A stretch of DNA of 64,000 nucleotides from a virus (taxonomy: Duplodnaviria > Caudoviricetes): IMG/VR virus record IMGVR_UViG_2974703886_000001, positions 6,374 through 70,373 of that record; one strand, given 5' to 3'. The notes beneath the pieces were generated by a model. The model searched no databases and was not told where the DNA came from. It worked only from the letters and a program-made list of their open reading frames with translations. Numbering within the stretch: the first letter of the stretch is position 1; every line of letters starts with the position of its first letter. Below are positions 56,281 through 63,408 of this stretch, piece after piece. A program made the position numbers and the translations under genes.

Positions 56281-56427
56281 TCAGGCAGGCTTGCGATCAA
56301 GCCACTGGTTGCAGTTGTGGCAAATCGGCACCTGCCCGAGCGTCGGGTGCCAGCGAGTGGTCTTGGCTGTCAGCGGGCAGCCCTCGTGCCACTGGCATGG
56401 CACCTCCCTCTCATTCATCGCCGCCAT
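56281..56427 (-). CDS. 48-aa Zn-finger-like protein
   Basis: C...C...HP..G.VP.C..C; RBS GGAGG. Confidence 0.55.
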   Translation of the reverse strand: MAAMNEREVPCQWHEGCPLTAKTTRWHPTLGQVPICHNCNQWLDRKPA

Positions 56428-56695
56428 CGTCTGCCTCCACGTCGACCCAGTTGTCGGCGAACAGCCACAGTTCGAACTCCCAGGGCACCCCGTCGAGGGC
56501 CTGGGGAGTCCAGTAGATGGCGGGCACCATCTCCATGGTCTCCAGGTTGACGGCCTGACCCTCACGGACCCGATAGACCTGCAGTGGGTGCGCCCACCGG
56601 TCGGGCTTCGGGAACGGATCATCGGGTGACACGCGGTCGTTGATGATCTTGTCCCCGGCCTGGATGTCCTTGGCCTGCTTGCGAACTACTGCCAT
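56411..56695 (-). CDS. Hypothetical protein
   Basis: RBS GGAGG. Confidence 0.65.
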   Translation of the reverse strand: MAVVRKQAKDIQAGDKIINDRVSPDDPFPKPDRWAHPLQVYRVREGQAVNLETMEMVPAIYWTPQALDGVPWEFELWLFADNWVDVEADDGGDE

Positions 56696-56697
56696 GG

Positions 56698-56991
56698 TCA
56701 CGCGTCCTCCCATACCACGTCGGCACGAGCGCTTTCCAGCTCAGCCTTGAGATCCCGGTACACCTTCCGTGCCCAGTCCACCCCGTCGAACGTGATGTCG
56801 AACAGGGCGTCGTTGAACAGCCGCTCGAGGTCGTCGTCCCCGTCGGCGAGTGCCGCCACCAGCCGGAAGATCCGGTCCTCGTGGGCCTGGTACACCTCGT
56901 GGACGTACGGCTGTGCCGCGTTGGCCTCGTAGCGCTTGATGTTCTCGGCGACGATGGCCTCGATCAGGGCGTCGATCAGCTTGGTATCCAT
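56698..56991 (-). CDS. Hypothetical protein
   Basis: GGGAGAGAACAATG start. Confidence 0.75.
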   Translation of the reverse strand: MDTKLIDALIEAIVAENIKRYEANAAQPYVHEVYQAHEDRIFRLVAALADGDDDLERLFNDALFDITFDGVDWARKVYRDLKAELESARADVVWEDA

Positions 56992-57108
56992 TGTTCTCTC
57001 CCATGTGTCGTGTTCCGCAGTTCCGCTGCGGCCCGGTTGTGCTGAGCGCACAAGCAGGTGGCCACTGGCTGTGTCGACAGTGACCACCCTTGCCCGCTCA
57101 GAACGGGG

Positions 57109-57354
57109 TCAGATGTACGAACCGTCTGCCGGGAACGTCAGGCCGGTGGCCAGACGCTCTATCAGTGCGGGCACCTCGTCGGCAGGCACCTCAAACAGGT
57201 GCTCTTCCTTGGATTCCCGCTTCGTCCACTGCACGCCGCGACCAGTGACGGGGATGGTGGTGACCTCCCGGCTGATCACGATGGTGTCGTCCGTCGTCCG
57301 GTGGACGTGGTACTCGACCTCGACCCGACGCTCGCCGTTCGTCTCGACGCTCAT
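57109..57354 (-). CDS. Hypothetical protein
   Basis: AGGAG RBS; ATGA overlap. Confidence 0.65.
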   Translation of the reverse strand: MSVETNGERRVEVEYHVHRTTDDTIVISREVTTIPVTGRGVQWTKRESKEEHLFEVPADEVPALIERLATGLTFPADGSYI

Positions 57355-57524
57355 GCTGCACTCCTGATGTGTTGCGGCAGTTCCCAATTCGAGTAGCCCA
57401 GGTAGTCCCAGAAGACCAGAACGGCGGTGTCGTTGTACAGCCCGCCGCGTGTCTCCAGGACGGTGCCCGTCTTGCTGGTGTCACGGGAGTCCGTGACCTT
57501 CTGCTTGGTTGCGAATGCGATCAT
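57351..57524 (-). CDS. 57-aa hypothetical protein
   Basis: GGAGAGAACAATG start; not in ORF track. Confidence 0.65.
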   Translation of the reverse strand: MIAFATKQKVTDSRDTSKTGTVLETRGGLYNDTAVLVFWDYLGYSNWELPQHIRSAA

Positions 57525-57559
57525 TGTTCTCTCCTTGTCTCTCTTGCGTTTTCGCAGAT

Positions 57560-57578
57560 CAGTAATAATCCACTGCCG
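57560..57578 (-). repeat. Conserved 19-mer copy 2
   Basis: cagtaataatccactgccg. Confidence 0.9.
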
Positions 57579-57619
57579 AGGGTGGCCCAGACCTTCTGGA
57601 CCACCCTCGTCAGCCTCAC

Positions 57620-58060
57620 TCAGCCGTCCCAGCCGTCCGGCACATTGCCCGGTGTCCAGTCGTCATAGTCCCAGGTCAATATGCGGATGATGCTGCCGAG
57701 CAACCACGTGTCACTGTGGGCGTACTCCTCGCGCCCATACTCCAGGGTGCGGGCGGACGCCACGCTGGACAGGTACGAACTCACTTCGTGATTGCCATCA
57801 GCCCAGAGTTCCCACTCCTTCCAGAACACGGGCACCGTGGCACCGCGCCGGTCACCACGGAACCGGTAGTCGAAGTGGATCACCAGCTCTCGGTAGCCGC
57901 GCCGGAACACGAACGTGTCGGTTGCGGACACGTTGTCCTCACCCCAGACCTTGACCCCACGATGGATGTACGGACCCTCCTCGGGCACGTTCTGCTCGTG
58001 GTGGGTCTGCTTCCAGCCGTTGGCTTCGGCGACCTGCTGAATGATGGCGATGTCATCCAT
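57620..58060 (-). CDS. Hypothetical protein
   Basis: GGGAGAGAGAACAATG start. Confidence 0.75.
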   Translation of the reverse strand: MDDIAIIQQVAEANGWKQTHHEQNVPEEGPYIHRGVKVWGEDNVSATDTFVFRRGYRELVIHFDYRFRGDRRGATVPVFWKEWELWADGNHEVSSYLSSVASARTLEYGREEYAHSDTWLLGSIIRILTWDYDDWTPGNVPDGWDG

Positions 58061-58157
58061 TGTTCTCTCTCCCATTGTGTGAACCTCCGTTGTCCCTCAA
58101 CGGATTTGGAGGTGCCCCAGACCATATGGCTTGGGGCACAACCAGACTCGCTGAGAG

Positions 58158-58508
58158 TCACACGTACACCGCACGGTGCGCCAGGATGGCCACGTCGGAC
58201 CCCTCGAAGGGTTCCTCGGTGTCGGCGTAGACGAACCGGTCGTACTTGTACGGGTTGTACGTCACCTTGCGTGCGGAGCTGTCGAACGTGACAGCTTCGC
58301 CCAGCACCCAGTCACCGACAATCCCGGCGTGAACGTTCTTCTTGCGTTCCCGCAGGACACGCTGGCGACCAGCCTCGGACACCTTGCCCTCGGCGTTGCG
58401 GAGCACCACAACCTGGCTGTGTCCGACGACACGGCCCTTGTCCGGCCCCTCCAGGGCCTTGATGCTCCACAGGTGGCGGTGCAGGTTGTAGTACACGAAC
58501 ACACGCAT
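58158..58508 (-). CDS. Conserved phage hypothetical protein
   Basis: VYYNLH..LWS...GRQRVLRE.KKNVHA...YNPY. Confidence 0.8.
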   Translation of the reverse strand: MRVFVYYNLHRHLWSIKALEGPDKGRVVGHSQVVVLRNAEGKVSEAGRQRVLRERKKNVHAGIVGDWVLGEAVTFDSSARKVTYNPYKYDRFVYADTEEPFEGSDVAILAHRAVYV

Positions 58509-58557
58509 TGTTCTCTCTCCCTTGGTGATTGGGCGTCGACCGTGTATCGACGCGTAG

Positions 58558-58625
58558 CGCACCGTGGGTGGAGTCGAACCACCAGCAGCAGTAATAACCC
58601 ACTGCCGCAGCCAGATTCACGGGCG
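58558..58625 (-). ncRNA. D-arm-less tRNA-like element B (contains 19-mer copy 3, 58589-58607)
   Basis: GGTGG-TTCGACT-CCACC T-arm; closing CGCCCGTG/CACGG(T)GCG stem; 8-bp middle hairpin. Confidence 0.55.
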
Positions 58626-58636
58626 TCCCGAGGGGG

Positions 58637-59140
58637 TCAGGAGGGGTAGTCCTCGTAGTCCTCGGGGGTGATCACCGTGAGCGGTGACCCGAGCTTTCGC
58701 TCGTTTATCGGGGACGGGTGCAAGCCGCCGCCCAGACGGACCACAACGTCCGTTTCGACCAAGCCCCAGGTGAACCCCTTCGCCCGGTCGCGAGCTGCCC
58801 GCTGAGCGCCCTTGCGGGCCTCAGACGGGTTGAACCAGCGGACGCCGTCGCCCTTGCCGACACGCACCGTCGCGCCGTAGCGGGTGTCGACCCAGCTCCA
58901 GTCATCGACCGGGTTGCCATCGGCGTCGAACAACCAGCGCAAGGTGGTGCGACCGCCCGTCTCGGCCAGCTCTGCAAGGTGGTTGTAGAGCTGGGCCATC
59001 GTGACGTGCGCCCACTGGGACAGGAACCCATCGGTGTCGCTGCGTTCCCAGCTTTCCTGTTCGCGCTGGTAGCTCTGCTTGGCCATCGCCCGCCATTCCT
59101 CGGCGGTGTGATCAGTCGGCTTGTAGTAGTGCGTACCCAT
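58637..59140 (-). CDS. Hypothetical protein
   Basis: SWERSDTDGFLSQWA; conserved RBS. Confidence 0.75.
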   Translation of the reverse strand: MGTHYYKPTDHTAEEWRAMAKQSYQREQESWERSDTDGFLSQWAHVTMAQLYNHLAELAETGGRTTLRWLFDADGNPVDDWSWVDTRYGATVRVGKGDGVRWFNPSEARKGAQRAARDRAKGFTWGLVETDVVVRLGGGLHPSPINERKLGSPLTVITPEDYEDYPS

Positions 59141-59179
59141 TTCTTCTCTCTCCCTTCATTCTTCGTGGTTGGTGATACG

Positions 59180-59220
59180 AAAAATGCTGAAGGGCACTGA
59201 CTCTCAAGCCAGCGCCCTTC
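59180..59220 (-). terminator. Hairpin / possible terminator
   Basis: gaagggc / gcccttc stem, then CAGCATTTTT on the minus strand. Confidence 0.45.
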
Positions 59221-59232
59221 CGTACTCTCCGA

Positions 59233-59397
59233 TCACCTGGTGATCAGGGTCACCGTCCTCAGGTGTGGACGGACCAGCGTCACCCCACCGTTCGGCTTGC
59301 GGACAGTCAGTGCTCCAGGCTTGGCCTGGACCACGGTGCCCACCCATCCCTTCGGTGATGCGTCACTGACGTGAACCTGCGCACCCTCCCAGAACAT
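59233..59397 (-). CDS. 54-aa SH3-like hypothetical protein
   Basis: Conserved RBS. Confidence 0.65.
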   Translation of the reverse strand: MFWEGAQVHVSDASPKGWVGTVVQAKPGALTVRKPNGGVTLVRPHLRTVTLITR

Positions 59398-59486
59398 TGT
59401 TTCTCTCCCATCTCGTGAGTGAAAACGGTGAACACTCAACCACTCTCAGATCAGGTGACCCGAGAGTGGTTGCGAACCCAGCGTTT

Positions 59487-59645
59487 TCAGAACGGCGGGT
59501 CGTCGTACTCGGTGCCGGGCGGCAGCTTTGGTGTCGGCGGGCACTCCTGGCGTGCCAGCGCCAGCAGTACCGCCCGGTCCTGTTTGAATTGCGGGCACTC
59601 GCAGTAGTCGCGGGGCTGCCCGCAGCACGGTGCAATGGCAGACAT
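59487..59645 (-). CDS. 52-aa Cys-rich hypothetical protein
   Basis: AAGGA RBS; CCGQPRDYCEC. Confidence 0.5.
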   Translation of the reverse strand: MSAIAPCCGQPRDYCECPQFKQDRAVLLALARQECPPTPKLPPGTEYDDPPF

Positions 59646-59683
59646 GGGGTCAGTGTCCTTCGATCCGGTGATAACCCCGGCAG

Positions 59684-59702
59684 CAGTAATAACCCACTGC
59701 CG
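59684..59702 (-). repeat. Conserved 19-mer copy 4
   Basis: cagtaataacccactgccg. Confidence 0.95.
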
Positions 59703-59713
59703 GGGCCTGACGA

Positions 59714-60058
59714 CTAGCTGATGTCCCACTCGGGATGGTCGATGTACTCGATGGAGACCGCGCCAGCGTTGCCCATCCCGAAGTCTCCGAGGGGGGCGTA
59801 CGCGTACTCCTCCCTCATGTCTCCGTTCCAGTAGAGGGTGCCGCTGTAGTACAAGACTCGGTCGTCGTCGTACATCCGGAACGAAACCTGGTGTTCGTAG
59901 TTCGTGCCTAGCTCATCCCACTTTTGGGCGATGCGCTCGGCCTCATCCGAGAGGTTCGCGTCCGCTGGACCCACGGTGCCTTTGTCGTTCCAGCTCGGGT
60001 CATCTCCCGGCTCGAACAGGTGATCCTTGTCGATGATCCATGCGTACGGTGATGCCAT
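59714..60058 (-). CDS. Hypothetical protein
   Basis: FRMYDDD...YY.G...PL.DFG..NAG...IEY; conserved RBS. Confidence 0.8.
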   Translation of the reverse strand: MASPYAWIIDKDHLFEPGDDPSWNDKGTVGPADANLSDEAERIAQKWDELGTNYEHQVSFRMYDDDRVLYYSGTLYWNGDMREEYAYAPLGDFGMGNAGAVSIEYIDHPEWDIS

Positions 60059-60150
60059 TTCTCTCTCCCATCGTGAGGTGGTTGTGAGACAGCCCGATTA
60101 GGCAGCTCAGTGGCTCACTCGGACGGTGTGCCCGAGTGGCCAAGTGCGGT

Positions 60151-60414
60151 CTAAGCGGTGAGGGGTCGACGGTTCAGGCTGGCGTAGCCAAACGCGTTGT
60201 TGATAGCCAGGACGTAGTCCAGGCCGCCGACGTTCACGTTGTGCGTGTAATCCGAAGTGCCCCAAGGCTCGCCGTCCCGAGTGTGGGCATAGTCGGTCTC
60301 GTCGCCGTAGTCCCACTGGGCCAAGTGTTCGGCCAGCTCCTGGATGCCCAGGTCCGAAACCGCGGCGTACTCGCTGTCCTGGATGAACGCAGCTTCCACC
60401 CACAGATTGCTCAT
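60151..60414 (-). CDS. Hypothetical protein
   Basis: Conserved RBS. Confidence 0.75.
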   Translation of the reverse strand: MSNLWVEAAFIQDSEYAAVSDLGIQELAEHLAQWDYGDETDYAHTRDGEPWGTSDYTHNVNVGGLDYVLAINNAFGYASLNRRPLTA

Positions 60415-60443
60415 TTCCACTCTCTCCCTTCGGTTTTCGTGTT

Positions 60444-60530
60444 GGGTAATAACCCACTGCCGGTGAGAGTCGCAGGGCAGTAATAACCCACTGCCGGTGA
60501 AATTTGCAGATCAGTAATAACCCACTGCCG
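60444..60530 (-). repeat. Conserved 19-mer copies 5-7 at exact 34-bp spacing
   Basis: Starts at 60444, 60478 and 60512. Confidence 0.95.
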
Positions 60531-60591
60531 GGGCCTGCCGAAGGCCCATATGTAGGGGGTCTAAGTATCCGGTTTGGACCTGGTTCGGTCC

Positions 60592-60620
60592 ACTATACCC
60601 AGCGACTTAGGGTACCCTAA
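60592..60620 (-). promoter_or_regulatory. Putative leftward -10 (TATAGT) with adjacent perfect 14-bp palindrome TTAGGGTACCCTAA
   Basis: actata at 60592-60597; palindrome at 60607-60620. Confidence 0.4.
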
Positions 60621-60778
60621 TGCGATGCGATAGTTAGAGGGTCTATGCATCCCCAGTGGGCAGATTACACGGGCGTAATTCCCTGCCGACTCTCCCAGGT
60701 GACTCGCACACGTGTGCGACTAGGCCACCAATACGGGCACCTGGGCAGCTCGCCCAGGTACTCGTCTTGACAGTCCAG

Positions 60779-60949
60779 TCATCGCGCAGTGCGTTCCTGT
60801 TTCGCCCATCGAATTGCCGCATCGAAAGCGAGAATTGGCAACACGTAGAGCACAACACCAATTGCCCAGTGGACTGCTGCCAGATTGGCAGCCGACACCA
60901 ATGCGGCAATGGTGATCAGAACCACGAAAGCAATGCGTGCCAGTGTCAT
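60779..60949 (-). CDS. 56-aa membrane protein
   Basis: Two TM helices; conserved RBS. Confidence 0.7.
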   Translation of the reverse strand: MTLARIAFVVLITIAALVSAANLAAVHWAIGVVLYVLPILAFDAAIRWAKQERTAR

Positions 60950-61048
60950 TTCACTCTCTCCCATCGTGTGAATCGGATTGCCCGATTAGGCAACCAATAG
61001 CGCCACCTGGGCAGTGACTCCCAGGTGGCACGATGGCTGTCTAATCCG

Positions 61049-61219
61049 TCACGAATTCGCCCAGAGAACGCGGTCAACAGTGTTGGCCGGACTCCTGCCC
61101 CTGTCGTAATCCTCACGGTACGGATAGTCCGGTAGATCACTGATGGACACTCGCAATTTCCGTTGAACCATACGGTCAACAGTGGCGAGCCATTCCGCGT
61201 AAGTCTCAGTGCGTGCCAT
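61049..61219 (-). CDS. 56-aa hypothetical protein
   Basis: EW...VD......S.SDLPD..YR..YD.G.SP; conserved RBS; not in ORF track. Confidence 0.75.
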   Translation of the reverse strand: MARTETYAEWLATVDRMVQRKLRVSISDLPDYPYREDYDRGRSPANTVDRVLWANS

Positions 61220-61306
61220 TTCTCTCTCCCATCGTTGTGTGTTGAGTGAACCCGTTTAGGTCACTAAGCGGACACACGGACAATTGCCCGTGTGCCCGAT
61301 AGCGAT

Positions 61307-61918
61307 CTAATCCGCTTTCCCTCGAATTGCGATCCAAACTGCAGCTTGCATAGTCGACGGTGCGACTCCCGCATTGGCTGCAGCTTTCCGGTAAGCGTCC
61401 GAAATGCGTTCGTACGCGCCTGCCCAAGAGAGTGTCTGTTCCGCTTGTTCGGTGGTCACGTCCCCCAGGGCAGCACGCGCTGCCCAAATATCGACAGTGA
61501 CCGCATTCCCGTTTCCAAGAATGTTCTGGGCGAAACTCCAGATCTTGGGTGCCGTGAGTTTTTCCGGATTGGTTCCGCGCAATGCGTAGACAGGATTGTC
61601 ACTCGCGAGAATTCGCAATGCTCGCTTGTGATTTTCTGCCATGACACCGTTGCGCTTGTCCTTGCCGCGCAACAGGTTGTCCGCATCCAACAGGTTGTCA
61701 ATCCACCGAGTACGTGGAGAGTACGCGGCAATGACAGCCGCAACCTGTTCAACCGTGTGTCCAGTCTCATCGGCAGTACGTTCTGCCCAAGTGTGAGCGT
61801 CGACGTACCATGACGCACCCGCATTCCGCATCCATTGTTCAGCCGACTCCCAAAGTGTCGATATACGGATTGCCATTTCCTCAACGCTCAGTGAGTCGGA
61901 CTTGCGTGCGCGTGCCAT
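61307..61918 (-). CDS. Hypothetical protein, possibly HhH-glycosylase-like helical fold
   Basis: WY...AVIAAYSP..W..N; VTVDIWA; MQAAVW. Confidence 0.75.
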   Translation of the reverse strand: MARARKSDSLSVEEMAIRISTLWESAEQWMRNAGASWYVDAHTWAERTADETGHTVEQVAAVIAAYSPRTRWIDNLLDADNLLRGKDKRNGVMAENHKRALRILASDNPVYALRGTNPEKLTAPKIWSFAQNILGNGNAVTVDIWAARAALGDVTTEQAEQTLSWAGAYERISDAYRKAAANAGVAPSTMQAAVWIAIRGKAD

Positions 61919-62010
61919 TTCTCTCTCCCATCGTGGTTGGTGAATCCCCTGTGGAATAAGTCACAGGAGAAAACACACTCGGAATTTCCGAGTGTGCTTT
62001 CCTCAGTGGC

Positions 62011-62412
62011 TTATGCCGCTTGCCGTGCGGGCACGGGCACCGGAATTTCGACTTGCTCGACACTGTCCCAGATCGCTAGCTCGCCGCGTTCCTGGGCGAA
62101 GAACAGTGCTTTGTCCAGATCCTCGAAAGACTCGACAATGTCGACGTAGGTCAAACCATCGTTGACCCAAGTGCCCAATGCGTAGTCGGGAGTCCACACT
62201 CCCCGCAGGTCTGCCAGCTCGCGAATAGCACTGGCCAGTGCGCTAGGTCCATCAGCGACAGGGACGGTGCGCACGTGTGGCTTACCGACAGCAACCGTGT
62301 ACCGGTAGGGCAGCTTGTGCGCACGGAATACGTCACGTCCGTACGTTCCCCCACCATTGGCCAGAGTGTCGACAGCCATAGCGAAATGCTGATCAACGGT
62401 ATTGATGTTCAT
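62011..62412 (-). CDS. First gene of leftward operon (possible SAM-lyase-like fold)
   Basis: LGTW...YVD...A...AQ..GELAIWD; conserved RBS. Confidence 0.75.
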   Translation of the reverse strand: MNINTVDQHFAMAVDTLANGGGTYGRDVFRAHKLPYRYTVAVGKPHVRTVPVADGPSALASAIRELADLRGVWTPDYALGTWVNDGLTYVDIVESFEDLDKALFFAQERGELAIWDSVEQVEIPVPVPARQAA

Positions 62413-62522
62413 TGCACTCTCTCCCAGGTGACATGACCGGTAGTGATCCGGTCGGTTTACAGAACTGGTCTGTCTAGGAGATATGTGCTTGGACAAGCAC
62501 ATTCACGAAAGACAGACCATCG

Positions 62523-62582
62523 TGAGCACGGGCGGATTCGAACCGCAACGCGCGTGACCGCGCGCCAACCAATGCCGTGCCC
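62523..62582 (-). ncRNA. D-arm-less tRNA-like element A
   Basis: GGGCACG/CGTGCTC acceptor plus discriminator A; GCGG-TTCGAAT-CCGC T-arm; CGCGCG hairpin. Confidence 0.55.
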
Positions 62583-62947
62583 GATTTGGGAGTAGAGAGA
62601 GTTTCAAACCACCTGCTGCAGCTCAGAACGCTTATTGCAGCCAGTAGGACTTGACCCGTAAGGGTCGCCGCCCTGCCTACTGCCGAGTGTCCGCGACAGC
62701 TCCACGCAATACCGGACATGTCACCCGTACGGATACGGGGAGGGCAATCCTCACGGTCACGCGTGCTGCCAGTGCGGAATGTCTCGCACTCGGAGGTTAG
62801 TCCACTGTGTAGTTCTCAAACACCGGGGTGACGGTGCCCTTCCCCCGGAACGAACCGGGAGCGCGGCGACCGTACCGCAACGCGGCAATGTCAGTATGCG
62901 ACGACTACCGACACAGTGCAAGCACGGACAGACGAGAGTGTTGCGGT

Positions 62948-62971
62948 CACCTGGGCACCTGGGCACCTGGG
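62948..62971 (+). repeat. (CACCTGGG)x3 tandem repeat
   Basis: Read directly from sequence. Confidence 0.9.
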
Positions 62972-63391
62972 AACGGGTAGCAACGTCACGTCAGTACGTA
63001 GGTGCCAGATCTGCTAGCACTCGGCAGACAGACGAACGAGGGCACCGTAGGGCAGTGCTAGCGCACCGTGGTGCAAGCAATGTCCCAGGTCACGTGTGAA
63101 CGTCCCTGTAGGGCACGGGACGGAATGCCGCCGTATTGCCGCCCAGATCAAGATCTAAGCCACGAACACCATGTCTCGAGTGTGATTGCATAGGGCACAC
63201 CGTGATCTTGATTCTGAGGGCAATTGAGGGCCCAATAGGCCGCTAACAGGTGCTAGCAATAGTGAGCAGTATGTCTAACCATAGTTAGCTACCCAACAGT
63301 AACCGCCCGTGATCAGGCACGTTGAGCACGGCTAAGTAGTTAGCTGGGATGGTTAGACGGTCTACATGGCAGTCCTGCCTACGTAGGTAGT

Positions 63392-63408
63392 GGGTAATGC
63401 CACTGCCG
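63392..63408 (-). repeat. Degenerate 19-mer copy 8
   Basis: gggtaatgccactgccg. Confidence 0.6.

Noticed and set aside
60444-60530. Repeat-spacer-repeat pattern as a mini CRISPR array
   Set aside because: Repeats are 19 bp, spacers are only 15 bp and resemble each other, the same repeat is dispersed singly elsewhere, and there is no cas operon.
62523-62582. Element A as a canonical tRNA gene
   Set aside because: No D-stem, a 4-nt loop instead of a 7-nt anticodon loop, 60 nt long; kept as tRNA-like only.
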